A DNA stretch of 53,498 nucleotides, taken from the NCBI GenBank assembly GCA_016218345.1, contig JACREH010000058.1, positions 1 to 53,498 of the forward strand. The letters run 5' to 3'. Position numbers and translations under genes: made by a program. This DNA comes from Gammaproteobacteria bacterium. GTDB lineage: Bacteria > Pseudomonadota > Gammaproteobacteria > Acidiferrobacterales > UBA6901. Below, in pieces: positions 27,471 to 39,784 of this stretch. Position 1 is the stretch's first letter. Each line of letters opens with the position of its first letter. Under the pieces are notes generated by a model. The model did no database searches. It had not been told where the DNA came from and saw nothing but the letters and a program-made list of their open reading frames with translations.

Positions 27471-29045
27471 CTATTCCCATTCGATAGTGGCAGGCGGCTT
27501 TCCGGAGATGTCGTACACCACCCGCGAGATGCCGCGCACCTCGTTGATGATGCGGTTGGAGATCGTGCCCAGCACCTCGTACGGCAACGGCGCCCAGCGC
27601 GCGGTCATGAAATCCACGGTCTCGACCGCGCGCAGCGCGATCACGTAATCGTAGGCGCGCGCATCGCCCAGCACCGCCACCGACTTCACCGGCAGGAACA
27701 CGGCGAACGCCTGGCTCACCTTGTCGTACAGGTCGTGGCGGTACAGTTCTTCGAGATAAATCGCGTCGGCGCGACGCAGCAGGTCGGCATAGTCCTTCCG
27801 CACTTCACCGAGGATGCGCACCCCCAGGCCGGGGCCGGGAAACGGGTGGCGGTAGACCATGGCGTGCGGCAGGCCGAGTTCGGTGCCGATGGCGCGCACC
27901 TCGTCCTTGAACAGTTCGCGCAGCGGTTCGAGCAGTTTCAGGTGCATGCGCTCCGGCAGGCCGCCGACGTTGTGGTGCGACTTGATGACATGCGCCTTGC
28001 GGGTGCGGGCGGCGGCCGACTCGATCACGTCCGGGTAGATCGTGCCCTGCGCCAGCCATTTGGCGCCCTTGACCTTGGCGGCCTCGTCCTCGAACACCTC
28101 GATGAACACCCGGCCGATGATCTTGCGTTTCTGTTCCGGGTCGGCCGCGCCCTTGAGCGCGTCCAGGAAGCGCCGCTCGGCGTCCACGCGGATGACCTTC
28201 ACGCCCATGTGCTCGGCGAAGGTCGCCATCACCTGGTCGCCCTCGTTCAGGCGCAGCAGGCCGTTGTCCACGAAGATGCAGGTGAGCTGCTTGCCAATGG
28301 CGCGGTGCAGCAGCGCCGCTACCACCGACGAATCCACGCCGCCCGACAGCCCGAGCATGACCTCGTCCTTGCCGACCTGCTTGCGCACGCCCTCGACCAT
28401 GCTCTCGACGATGTTGCCGGGCGTCCACAGCGACGGGCAACCGCAGATATCATGCACGAAGCGTTGCAGAATCGCCGCGCCCTGGGTGGTGTGGGTGACC
28501 TCGGGATGGAATTGCACGCCGTAGAAGCCGCGCGCCTCGTCGGCGATGCCGGCAAACGGCGCGTGCTCGGTCTCGGCGATCACCTTGAACCCGGGCGGGA
28601 GCTGGGTCACGCGGTCGCCGTGGCTCATCCACACGTGCAGGAACTCCTGGCCGTTGTCGGCCGCCTCGTCGCGGATGCCCTTGAACAGTTTCGAGTGTCC
28701 GCGCAGGCGCACGCGCGCGTACCCGAACTCGCGCTTGTCCGAACCCAGCACCTCGCCGCCCAGTTGCGCGGCCATGGTCTGCTGGCCGTAGCAAATGCCC
28801 AGCACCGGCACCTTGAGGTCGAACACCAGCTGCGGGGCGCGCGGCGTCTCGGCCGCGGTCACCGATTCCGGCCCGCCGGACAGGATCACGCCGCGCGGCG
28901 CGAACTTGCGCAACTCGTCGTCGCCGATGTCGTACGGATAGATCTCGCAATACACCCCGGCCTCGCGCACCCGGCGCGCGATCAACTGGGTGTATTGCGC
29001 CCCGAAGTCGAGGATCAGAATCTTATGGGAATGCGGATCGGTCAT
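27471..29045 (-). CDS. guaA: GMP synthase (glutamine-hydrolysing)
   Basis: GATase ICYGQQ, PP-loop [10 protein letters not shown]-terminal ...[11 protein letters not shown] at 29045. Confidence 0.97.
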   Translation of the reverse strand: MTDPHSHKILILDFGAQYTQLIARRVREAGVYCEIYPYDIGDDELRKFAPRGVILSGGPESVTAAETPRAPQLVFDLKVPVLGICYGQQTMAAQLGGEVLGSDKREFGYARVRLRGHSKLFKGIRDEAADNGQEFLHVWMSHGDRVTQLPPGFKVIAETEHAPFAGIADEARGFYGVQFHPEVTHTTQGAAILQRFVHDICGCPSLWTPGNIVESMVEGVRKQVGKDEVMLGLSGGVDSSVVAALLHRAIGKQLTCIFVDNGLLRLNEGDQVMATFAEHMGVKVIRVDAERRFLDALKGAADPEQKRKIIGRVFIEVFEDEAAKVKGAKWLAQGTIYPDVIESAAARTRKAHVIKSHHNVGGLPERMHLKLLEPLRELFKDEVRAIGTELGLPHAMVYRHPFPGPGLGVRILGEVRKDYADLLRRADAIYLEELYRHDLYDKVSQAFAVFLPVKSVAVLGDARAYDYVIALRAVETVDFMTARWAPLPYEVLGTISNRIINEVRGISRVVYDISGKPPATIEWE

Positions 29046-29056
29046 AAACAAGGCAA

Positions 29057-29151
29057 GCCACAGATGAACACAGATAACCGCAGATCAGGATAAAGCGGTG
29101 CGAACCACCACCGCCCGCGTTCAATCGCCTTTATCCGTGTTCATCTGCGGC
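29057..29151. mobile_element. MITE/REP-like element, family C (GCAGAT-subrepeat inverted termini)
   Basis: Left gccacagatgaacacagataa(ccgcagatcaggataaag). Right ctttatccgtgttcatctgcggc. The arms match 19/21. Confidence 0.65.
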
Positions 29152-29165
29152 TAAAAAATATAATA

Positions 29166-30629
<1,464 letters not shown>

Positions 30630-30767
30630 TTATACGGATTGACGTGCCGGCCGTAAACCGGCCGGACCGGGACACGGGGGCGGTTGACGCACGCGGCCGA
30701 ATGGCCGATGATTCACCCCAGCATCGAGCCGCGATTCAAAAAAATCATCTTTTGGAGGAGAATTTAA

Positions 30768-31061
30768 ATGAAAAAGATCATCGTAATAGCCGGCCTGGCC
30801 CTGACCCTCGGCGCCTGCGCGGGCATGCAAAGCACCCAGGAACTGGACGACACCATCGCCCAGGCCGAGAAGGAAATCGCCGCCACCAAGAAGTCGAATG
30901 CCCTGTGGCGCGACACCGAAAAATTCCTGGAGGACGCCAAGAAGGCCAAGGCCGACGGCGACGTCGACGGCGCCACCAAACTGGCCAAGAAGGCGCTGAC
31001 CGAAGCCAAGCTCGCCCAGAAACAGGCACAGGACCAGGCCAAGGCCAAACCGGTTTTCTAA
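30768..31061 (+). CDS. small helical lipoprotein, Lys/Ala-rich
   Basis: GGAGGAG SD. Lipobox LTLGAC. 97 aa. Followed by a strong terminator. Confidence 0.75.
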   Translation: MKKIIVIAGLALTLGACAGMQSTQELDDTIAQAEKEIAATKKSNALWRDTEKFLEDAKKAKADGDVDGATKLAKKALTEAKLAQKQAQDQAKAKPVF

Positions 31062-31085
31062 AAAACCGATCCAGTTGCCGATAAA

Positions 31086-31116
31086 AAGCCGGGGGACACC
31101 CCGGCTTTTTTATTTG
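31086..31116 (+). terminator. rho-independent terminator
   Basis: aaagccgggg-gacac-cccggctttttta. Confidence 0.8.
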
Positions 31117-31168
31117 TTACACGACCGTGGGGCTTTTTTATTCGCCGGACCGGCGCTATGTTGATGCT

Positions 31169-32554
31169 ATGAATCCGGCTTCCTCGACCCCCGAGCGCCA
31201 CCCGGCCACGCCGGCCCGCGAGGTGTATTCGGTTGCGCGCCTCAATCGCGAGGTCAAGGCGCTGCTGGAAGGCGGCTTTCCGCTGCTGTGGGTCGAGGGC
31301 GAGATCTCCAACCTGGCGCGGCCCTCCTCCGGACACCTGTATTTCTCCCTCAAGGACGCCCAGGCGCAGGTGCGCTGCGCGCTGTTCCGCCAGCAACAAC
31401 GCGCCCTCGGTTTCGCGCCCAAGGACGGCCTGCAGGTGCTGGCGCGGGTGCGCGTGACTCTGTACGAAGGCCGTGGCGACTATCAACTTATCGTCGAACA
31501 CCTGGAAGAGGCCGGCGAAGGCGCGTTGCGGCGCGCGTTCGAGGCGCTCAAGCAACGTCTCTCCCAGGAAGGGCTGTTCGACCTCGCCCATAAGAAACCG
31601 CTGCCGCGCCTGCCCAAGCGCATCGGCGTCGTTACCTCGCCAACCGGTGCGGCGTTGCGCGATATCCTCACCACCTTGCGGCGGCGCTTCCCGGCGATCG
31701 CCGTGCGGCTCTACCCGGTGCCGGTTCAGGGCCAGGGGGCGGCCGAGAAAATCGCCGCGGCGATCGCGCGCGCCGCGCAGCAAGGCGACTGCGACGCGCT
31801 GATCGTGGCGCGCGGCGGCGGGTCGCTCGAGGACCTGTGGCCGTTCAACGAAGAGATCGTGGCGCGCGCCATCTATGCCTGTCCGCTGCCGGTCGTTTCC
31901 GGCGTCGGCCATGAAACCGATTTCACGATTTCCGACTTGGTGGCCGACGCGCGCGCGCCGACCCCTACCGCGGCCGCCGAAATGCTCAGCCCCGACCAGG
32001 CCGAGTGGCTGGCGGCGTTCGCGGCCCTGCACGCACGCCTGGCGCGGCTGATGCACGGGCGCATCATCGAGGAGCAGCAGCGCCTCGACTGGCTGGGCGC
32101 ACGCCTCATCCACCCGCGCGAGCGCATCGCGCGCCTGCAACAACACTTGCGTGAGCTAGTAATGCGCCTGCAGGCCGCACAAACCGGGCGGGTGCATTCC
32201 GGCAATACCCGGCTGCTGACGCTATCCTCTCGGCTGATGCAACGCGCCCCCGCGGGACGCGCGCGCGAACTGGCGCTCGGCTTTCAGCACCACTCCGCCC
32301 GCCTGGTCGGCGCCATGCGCCGCAGCCTGGCGCAACACCGCCAACGCATCGAGCTGACCGCCCAGACGCTGAACACCTTGAGCCCGCTGGCCACGCTCGG
32401 CCGCGGCTACGCCATCGTGCAGCGCAGCGACGACGGCGCCGTGGTGCGCGACGCCGGCCAGGTGCGCGTCGGCGAGCGCATCGCCGCGCGCCTCGCCCAT
32501 GGGCGCTTGGACTGCCGGGTCGAGGCAATCAAGAAAGACATTAAGAGCACCTAG
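31169..32554 (+). CDS. xseA: exodeoxyribonuclease VII large subunit
   Basis: VYSVARLNREVKALLE...LWVEGEISN (OB fold), RGGGSLEDLW. ATG at 31169. Confidence 0.93.
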   Translation: MNPASSTPERHPATPAREVYSVARLNREVKALLEGGFPLLWVEGEISNLARPSSGHLYFSLKDAQAQVRCALFRQQQRALGFAPKDGLQVLARVRVTLYEGRGDYQLIVEHLEEAGEGALRRAFEALKQRLSQEGLFDLAHKKPLPRLPKRIGVVTSPTGAALRDILTTLRRRFPAIAVRLYPVPVQGQGAAEKIAAAIARAAQQGDCDALIVARGGGSLEDLWPFNEEIVARAIYACPLPVVSGVGHETDFTISDLVADARAPTPTAAAEMLSPDQAEWLAAFAALHARLARLMHGRIIEEQQRLDWLGARLIHPRERIARLQQHLRELVMRLQAAQTGRVHSGNTRLLTLSSRLMQRAPAGRARELALGFQHHSARLVGAMRRSLAQHRQRIELTAQTLNTLSPLATLGRGYAIVQRSDDGAVVRDAGQVRVGERIAARLAHGRLDCRVEAIKKDIKST

Positions 32555-32580
32555 CAGAGTGAACCGGACTCGACAATCGA

Positions 32581-32630
32581 CCCCCACCCCAACCCTCCCC
32601 CTTCCAGGTGGAGGGAGAGGGAGGGGTGGG
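32581..32630. repeat. REP-like pyrimidine/purine palindrome
   Basis: ccccaccccaaccctccccc-ttcca-ggtggagggagagggaggggtggg. Same style as 9614-9703. Confidence 0.7.
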
Positions 32631-32683
32631 CATATCGCATTTTGATTGGCGTTCTGAATAAAGCGCCGACTACTCCCTTCAAT

Positions 32684-33613
32684 ATGAATCAGCTCGCCAA
32701 CGACGCCAAGAACAGCAAACCGGCAACCCCAGGAAATTGCCTTTCATGGCGTTCTTGGCGGTTAAATATCGTATTATTATTTTTTCTCGCGCCGTCATTC
32801 GGCGCGCAGGCGCAATTGCCGCGCGCCCTGCCGGTGCCGGGCGGAATCGTAGTGCTGCCGCTCGCCGACGAATGCGACGCCGCGCCGAGCGTCAGCTTTC
32901 AAGGCCGGCGCGTGCTGGTGGCGCGCGACAGCGGCCGCTGGCAGGCGGTGGTCGGGCTGCCGTTGACGCTCAAGCCCGGCCGGCATCACATCGAGGTCGC
33001 CGAGCCGGGTGGCGCGAAACGCACGCTCGCCTTCACGGTCAAGGACAAAAAATACGAGAGCCAATACCTGACCTTGCAGGACAAGCGCCAGGTCGAACCG
33101 AACGCCGAAGACCTGAAACGCATCCGCCAGGACCAGGAGATCATCGCGCGCGCGCTCGCCACTTGGAGCGCGCGCGAACTCGACGACGTGCGCCTCGATC
33201 AGCCGGCCGCCGGGCGCTTCAGCAGCGCCTTCGGGCTGCGGCGGTTCTTCAACAAGCAGGCGCGCAACCCGCATTCCGGCCTGGACATCGCCGCGCCGGA
33301 AGGCACGCCGATCGCCGCCCCGGCCGACGGTGCGGTGATCGAGACCGGCAATTATTTCTTCAACGGCAACACCGTGTTCCTCGACCACGGCCAGGGCCTG
33401 ATCACCATCTACAACCATCTCAACACGATCGCGGTCGCGCCCGGCGATGTCCTGGTGCGCGGCCAAAAACTCGGCGAGGTCGGCATGACCGGGCGGGTCA
33501 CCGGCCCGCACCTGCACTGGAGCGTGAGCCTCAATGGCACCCTGGTCGATCCAGCGCTGTTTCTGCCGGAGCCGATCGCGGCCGGCGCGCCGGCGACCGC
33601 GGCAAAACCCTAG
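32684..33613 (+). CDS. M23 family peptidoglycan DD-metalloendopeptidase
   Basis: HSGLDIAAPEGTPI and GPHLHWSV (HxH) motifs. Signal-like LNIVLLFFLAPSFGAQA. Start uncertain (ATG 32684 or TTG 32642). Confidence 0.88.
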   Translation: MNQLANDAKNSKPATPGNCLSWRSWRLNIVLLFFLAPSFGAQAQLPRALPVPGGIVVLPLADECDAAPSVSFQGRRVLVARDSGRWQAVVGLPLTLKPGRHHIEVAEPGGAKRTLAFTVKDKKYESQYLTLQDKRQVEPNAEDLKRIRQDQEIIARALATWSARELDDVRLDQPAAGRFSSAFGLRRFFNKQARNPHSGLDIAAPEGTPIAAPADGAVIETGNYFFNGNTVFLDHGQGLITIYNHLNTIAVAPGDVLVRGQKLGEVGMTGRVTGPHLHWSVSLNGTLVDPALFLPEPIAAGAPATAAKP

Positions 33614-33694
33614 TTTGAAAAGATCGAACCCCTCGAATACGCGCTATAGTTTGGTATAGTGCCAACCAAATAATTAGCTTCCTGCGGAGATTGC

Positions 33695-34975
33695 ATGAGC
33701 GTTGTCGGTGTAGTGGGACTGGGGTATGTGGGCCTGCCCCTGGCGATCGAGTTCGGTAAACTCCAGGAAACCATCGGCTTCGACACCAACGTCGCCAAGA
33801 TCGAGGCCTATGCGCGCGGCGTCGATCCCGCCGGCGAAACCTCCGGCGAAGTGCTGCGCTCCGCCAAGCAACTGCGCTTCACTCACGATGCCGCCGATCT
33901 GGCGCGCGCCGATTTCCTGCTCATCACCGTGCCGACACCGGTGGACAACGCCCACCAGCCCGATTTCGGGCCGCTCATCGGCGCCAGCCGCATCGTCGGC
34001 CGGCACCTGAAAAAAGGCGCGACCGTGGTGTACGAATCGACCGTCTACCCCGGCGCCACCGAGGAGATCTGCCTGCCGGTGCTGGAGGAAGCCAGCGGCC
34101 GCAAGTGGAAACACGACTTCCATATCGGCTACTCGCCGGAACGCATCAATCCGGGCGACCAGAAACACACGCTCGCCACCACCGTCAAGGTGGTGGCGGC
34201 CGACGATCCGGCCACGCTCGCGGCCATTACGGCCCTGTATAAAACCGTGGTGAAGGCCGGCGTGCACCCAGTGTCCAGCATCAAGGTGGCCGAGGCCGCC
34301 AAGGTAATCGAGAACTCCCAGCGCGACCTCAATATCGCCTTCATGAACGAGCTGGCGATTATTTTCGACCGTCTGGGCATCGACACCCTGGAAGTGCTGG
34401 AGGCGGCCGGCAGCAAGTGGAATTTCCTGCCGTTCCGGCCCGGCCTGGTGGGCGGGCATTGCATCGGCGTCGATCCATACTATTTGACGCGCAAGGCCGA
34501 GATGCTCGGCTACCACCCGGAGGTGATCCTGGCCGGGCGGCGCATCAATGACAATATGGGCAAGTTCGTCGCCGAGCAGACCGTCAAGCAAATGATCCAG
34601 GCCGGCAGTCACGTGAAGGGCGCCAAGGTCAATGTCCTGGGCTTGAGCTTCAAGGAGAATTTTCCCGATATCCGCAATAGCCGCGTGGTCGACTTGATCA
34701 AAGAGCTGCGGCTTTACGGCGTCGAGGTCGCGGTACACGATCCGGTGGTCGTCCCCGACGATGCCCGCCACGACTACGCCATTGAGCTGGTTGCCTGGGA
34801 AAAGCTACCGCGCGCCGACGCCGTGGTGGTGGCCGTCGCCCACCGCCAATTTCTGGAGCGCCCACTCACCGATTACACCGCCAAGCTCGCGCCGGGCGGT
34901 TGCTTCATCGACGTCAAGGCCGGCTTCGACGCCGCCGCCCTGCGCACACTGGGCTTCGCGGTGTGGCGTCTGTAG
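33695..34975 (+). CDS. nucleotide-sugar dehydrogenase (TviB/WbpO/CapL-like UDP-N-acetylhexosamine dehydrogenase)
   Basis: Rossmann VGLGYVGLP, catalytic GGHCIGVDP, C-terminal UDP-binding domain. Confidence 0.88.
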   Translation: MSVVGVVGLGYVGLPLAIEFGKLQETIGFDTNVAKIEAYARGVDPAGETSGEVLRSAKQLRFTHDAADLARADFLLITVPTPVDNAHQPDFGPLIGASRIVGRHLKKGATVVYESTVYPGATEEICLPVLEEASGRKWKHDFHIGYSPERINPGDQKHTLATTVKVVAADDPATLAAITALYKTVVKAGVHPVSSIKVAEAAKVIENSQRDLNIAFMNELAIIFDRLGIDTLEVLEAAGSKWNFLPFRPGLVGGHCIGVDPYYLTRKAEMLGYHPEVILAGRRINDNMGKFVAEQTVKQMIQAGSHVKGAKVNVLGLSFKENFPDIRNSRVVDLIKELRLYGVEVAVHDPVVVPDDARHDYAIELVAWEKLPRADAVVVAVAHRQFLERPLTDYTAKLAPGGCFIDVKAGFDAAALRTLGFAVWRL

Positions 34976-34979
34976 GGCC

Positions 34980-35246
34980 GTGAACAGCCTCGCCAGGAGC
35001 GTTACCCGGGGCTTGCTGCGCGGCCTGTACATCGCCATCCCGCTGCTGTTCCTGTTGGCGCTCGGCATGTTCTGGGACCAACAGCGCACGCTCTCCCGGG
35101 ACAAGATCGAGGCCGAGGAACAAGCCGCGATATTGAAACAGGAGAACGCCCGCCTGCGCGCGCAGATCGGCGAACTCAAGCAGGCCATCGCAAAAAAACA
35201 AAACGACCTGGCGCGGCCCGGGCCGGCGCGGGAGGCCGCCCCATGA
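34980..35246 (+). CDS. small membrane-anchored coiled-coil protein (hypothetical)
   Basis: GTG at 34980. One TM (LYIAIPLLFLLALGMFW), then heptad-like EAEEQAAILKQENARLRAQIGELKQAIAKKQ. GC-rich third positions. ATGA overlap with the next ORF. Confidence 0.5.
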   Translation: MNSLARSVTRGLLRGLYIAIPLLFLLALGMFWDQQRTLSRDKIEAEEQAAILKQENARLRAQIGELKQAIAKKQNDLARPGPAREAAP

Positions 35247-35686
35247 CCGAAACGCCACACGACTTTCTGGAGGCCTACCGCGGCCGGTTCGTGAGCCTGC
35301 TGAAATGGACCGATCTCGACGCGTTCTGGCAGGTGCTGCGCCGGGACGCCGGCGCCGGCTGGTATTTGTACGCGCTCGGCGAGAACCCGCCGGCGCAGCC
35401 GACGGCCGAGCCGCAGGTTGCCAAGTTCATCGACGAGATCGACGCCCTGCTGCGCCACGACCATCGCGAGGATTATTGCGCGATCGTCTACACCGACAGC
35501 AAGACCGAGCCGCGCTTCGTCAAGATCTACGACCCCCACCGGCTCGGCTCGAGCTGCGGCGCGAGCGGCGACCCGCCCCTGCCCGGCTGGATCATGTGCC
35601 GCATCCCGCCGACGGCGCTCGCACCCGGCTGGCCGGTCGCCGAGAACCGCCGGCGCTGGTGGCAGCAGCTCTGGACGTCCGGTTGA
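35243..35686 (+). CDS. conserved-looking hypothetical protein (147 aa)
   Basis: Coding-like codon bias, translationally coupled to the preceding small ORF. No family recognised. Confidence 0.6.
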   Translation: MTETPHDFLEAYRGRFVSLLKWTDLDAFWQVLRRDAGAGWYLYALGENPPAQPTAEPQVAKFIDEIDALLRHDHREDYCAIVYTDSKTEPRFVKIYDPHRLGSSCGASGDPPLPGWIMCRIPPTALAPGWPVAENRRRWWQQLWTSG

Positions 35687-35715
35687 CTTGTCGGGCGCGG
35701 CGCCAGCCGATAAAT

Positions 35716-35995
35716 TAGGTCTTTCAGACTTTCGTGTGGCTTGCCTTTAGAAAACGGCTTTTGACGTTCGCCCCTTGAGTCGCACCGAACGTCGCAGGCA
35801 AGCCGACGCAAGGCCCGCAGGGGCGCGGCAAGGAAGCCGCGCGTTCGCACCCGCGACAGGAGTCGCGTGGGCGAACCCTCGGAGGCGCCGAGACGTGAGG
35901 GCACCGGCGAAGCCGGTGCGACGACGGGGCAAATGGCTTTGGTTACTTTCACCGAAACGAAAGTAACCCGTGAGGCGCGGCGGAACGCGCGTTGA
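35716..35995. repeat. multi-hairpin noncoding region (REP-like or structured RNA) upstream of acs
   Basis: Hairpins at 35823-35842 (loop AAGGAA), 35852-35867 (loop AGGA), 35901-35919 (loop GAA), 35941-35968 (10-bp stem ggttactttc/gaaagtaacc) and 35975-35990 (loop GCGGAA). Confidence 0.7.
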
Positions 35996-36088
35996 AAATA
36001 ACATCGCGTGAGCGATACCAAAAAATTGGTGGGTGATACCCACCCAGACATTTCCGGTGCGCCAATAGGAACAGAGGATCACGCGAGA

Positions 36089-38056
<1,968 letters not shown>

Positions 38057-38067
38057 GGATGTATGAG

Positions 38068-38222
38068 TTTTTGACGCAGAGGCGCAAAGACGCAGAGAAA
38101 ACCTATCTCAGTTTTAAAGGCCAATGAGTATTGTCTACAGTCCGGGATCGACTCGACCAGACCTGCTCGGTTTCAACACAAAAAAGCTTTCCTTTGCGCC
38201 TTCGCGTCTCTGCGTCAAACAA
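38068..38222. mobile_element. MITE-like element, family A (diverged copy, opposite orientation)
   Basis: Left tttttgacgcagaggcgcaaagacgcagagaaaacc. Right tttcctttgcgccttcgcgtctctgcgtcaaac. The core shares TTGAAACCGA with the copy at 24809 when reverse-complemented. Confidence 0.6.
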
Positions 38223-38229
38223 TAATACA

Positions 38230-39213
38230 GTGACATCCTCATTCAAACCTGCTTGGTGGCTACGCAACCCCCACCTGCAAACCCTCTGGCCGGTGTTCAT
38301 GCGCCGCCGGCTGCGTCCGCCGCTGCGGCGCGAGCGCCTGGAGCTGCCGGACAGCGACTTCGTCGATCTCGACTGGACGCTGAACGACTCCGGCCCGCTC
38401 GTGATTCTGCTGCACGGCCTGGAGGGCGGCAGCCGCTCGCACTACGCCCGCGGCATGCTCGCCGCCCTGCCGCGCCACGGTCTGCGCGGCGTGCTCATGC
38501 ACTTCCGCGGGTGCAGCGGCGAGCCGAACCGGCTGGCGCGCGCCTACCATTCCGGCGACACCGGCGACATCGATTTTCTGGTGAGGACGCTCCAGGCGCG
38601 CGAGCCGCGGACACCCCTGGCCGCCATTGGCTACTCGCTCGGCGGCAACGCCCTGCTCAAGTGGCTGGGCGAGCAAGGCGCGCAAGCGCCGCTCCGCTGC
38701 GCGACGGCCGTGTCGGTGCCGTTCCTGCTGCACGAATCCGCCGCGCGCCTGAACCGCGGCGTCTCGCGCATCTACCAGCGCAAGCTGCTGAACGATCTGA
38801 AGGCCTCGGTGCGGCGCAAGTCCGCGCGCCTGCCCCTGCCCGTCGCAGTGCATGATCTCGACAACTTAACCAGCTTCCACGCCTTCGACGACCGCATCAC
38901 CGCCCCGCTGCACGGCTTTCGCGACGCCATGCATTACTACACGGAATCGAGCTCGCGTCAGTTCCTGAATCGCATCCGTATCCCGACCTTGATCGTGCAC
39001 GCAGCCGACGACCCGTTTATGCCGAAGTCGGCGATTCCGGAGATGAATGAGCTTTCCGACATCGTCGAATTTGACCTGCACCGCCATGGGGGGCATGTCG
39101 GCTTTGTCGGGGGCCATCTGCCCTGGCGGCCAAGTTATTGGCTTGATGAGCGCATCCCGGCCTGGCTACGGGGGCAGTTACAGCCACCACGTCGTTTCGA
39201 CATGCTAGTCTAA
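38230..39213 (+). CDS. YheT-like alpha/beta hydrolase
   Basis: FKPAWWLRNPHLQTLWP..., LLHGLEGG, MHFRGCSGEPN, GYSLGGN, HGGHVGF parallel E. coli YheT. Only a GTG at 38230 is available as a start. Confidence 0.85.
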   Translation: MTSSFKPAWWLRNPHLQTLWPVFMRRRLRPPLRRERLELPDSDFVDLDWTLNDSGPLVILLHGLEGGSRSHYARGMLAALPRHGLRGVLMHFRGCSGEPNRLARAYHSGDTGDIDFLVRTLQAREPRTPLAAIGYSLGGNALLKWLGEQGAQAPLRCATAVSVPFLLHESAARLNRGVSRIYQRKLLNDLKASVRRKSARLPLPVAVHDLDNLTSFHAFDDRITAPLHGFRDAMHYYTESSSRQFLNRIRIPTLIVHAADDPFMPKSAIPEMNELSDIVEFDLHRHGGHVGFVGGHLPWRPSYWLDERIPAWLRGQLQPPRRFDMLV

Positions 39214-39339
39214 ACACCGATACTTGATCGTGGACGCGGCGCGCGCTAGGCTCGCTCCAATTTGGACCCGGCAATTCGTCAATATATTCTGCCGTATGAG
39301 CCATATGCTTGATATGAGAAAGTAACGAGGTGAGATTCC

Positions 39340-39552
39340 ATGAAAACTGAATATACGGTAGTTATAAAACAAGAAGGCGACTGGTGGGTTGGCTGGGTTG
39401 AAGAAGTACCCGGGGTCAACTGCCAAGAACGCACACACGAGGAACTTTTGGAGAGCCTGCGTACCACCCTTCAGGAGGCGCTGGACTTCAATCGCCAGGA
39501 TGCACTAACGGCCGCAGGTCAGGATTATCGAGAAGAAAAGATTGCGGTATGA
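39340..39552 (+). CDS. hicB: HicB-family antitoxin (minimal, 70 aa)
   Basis: YTVVIKQEGDWWVGWVEEVPGVNCQERTHEELLESLRTTLQEAL is typical of the HicB/UPF0150 N-terminal fold. GAGGTGAG SD. ATGA overlap with hicA. Confidence 0.8.
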   Translation: MKTEYTVVIKQEGDWWVGWVEEVPGVNCQERTHEELLESLRTTLQEALDFNRQDALTAAGQDYREEKIAV

Positions 39553-39737
39553 AGCGCAACGAACTGTTGCGCCACCTCCGCGATCATGGCTGTGAATTGC
39601 TTCGTGAAGGCGGACGGCACTCGTGGTGGCACAATCCAATGCAAAACAGGCGGTCGGCGGTCCCGCGGCACAGTGAAGTCAAAGACATCCTAGCCCTCAA
39701 GATATGCAAAGACCTCGGCGTGCCGCCGGTGAAATAA
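39549..39737 (+). CDS. hicA: HicA-family mRNA interferase toxin
   Basis: MKRNELLRHLRDHGCELLREGGRHSWW...VPRHSEVKDILALKICKDLGV, a HicA/YcfA-like dsRBD fold signature with the conserved His. Confidence 0.82.
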   Translation: MKRNELLRHLRDHGCELLREGGRHSWWHNPMQNRRSAVPRHSEVKDILALKICKDLGVPPVK

Positions 39738-39784
39738 TTCGCGATAAAACACTTCAACGTCTAATTAGATAATTAAATCTGAAG

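Noticed and set aside
27249-29093. 614-aa plus-strand ORF.
   Set aside because: It is antisense to guaA. Its N-terminus is a translated REP element (MPADAGIQ...LRGNDV).
39017-39467. Minus-strand ORFs 39017..39304, 39205..39438 and 39279..39467 in the islet.
   Set aside because: They are antisense to the hydrolase 3' end and to hicB, which has a clear family signature. They have no SD and hydrophobic junk composition.
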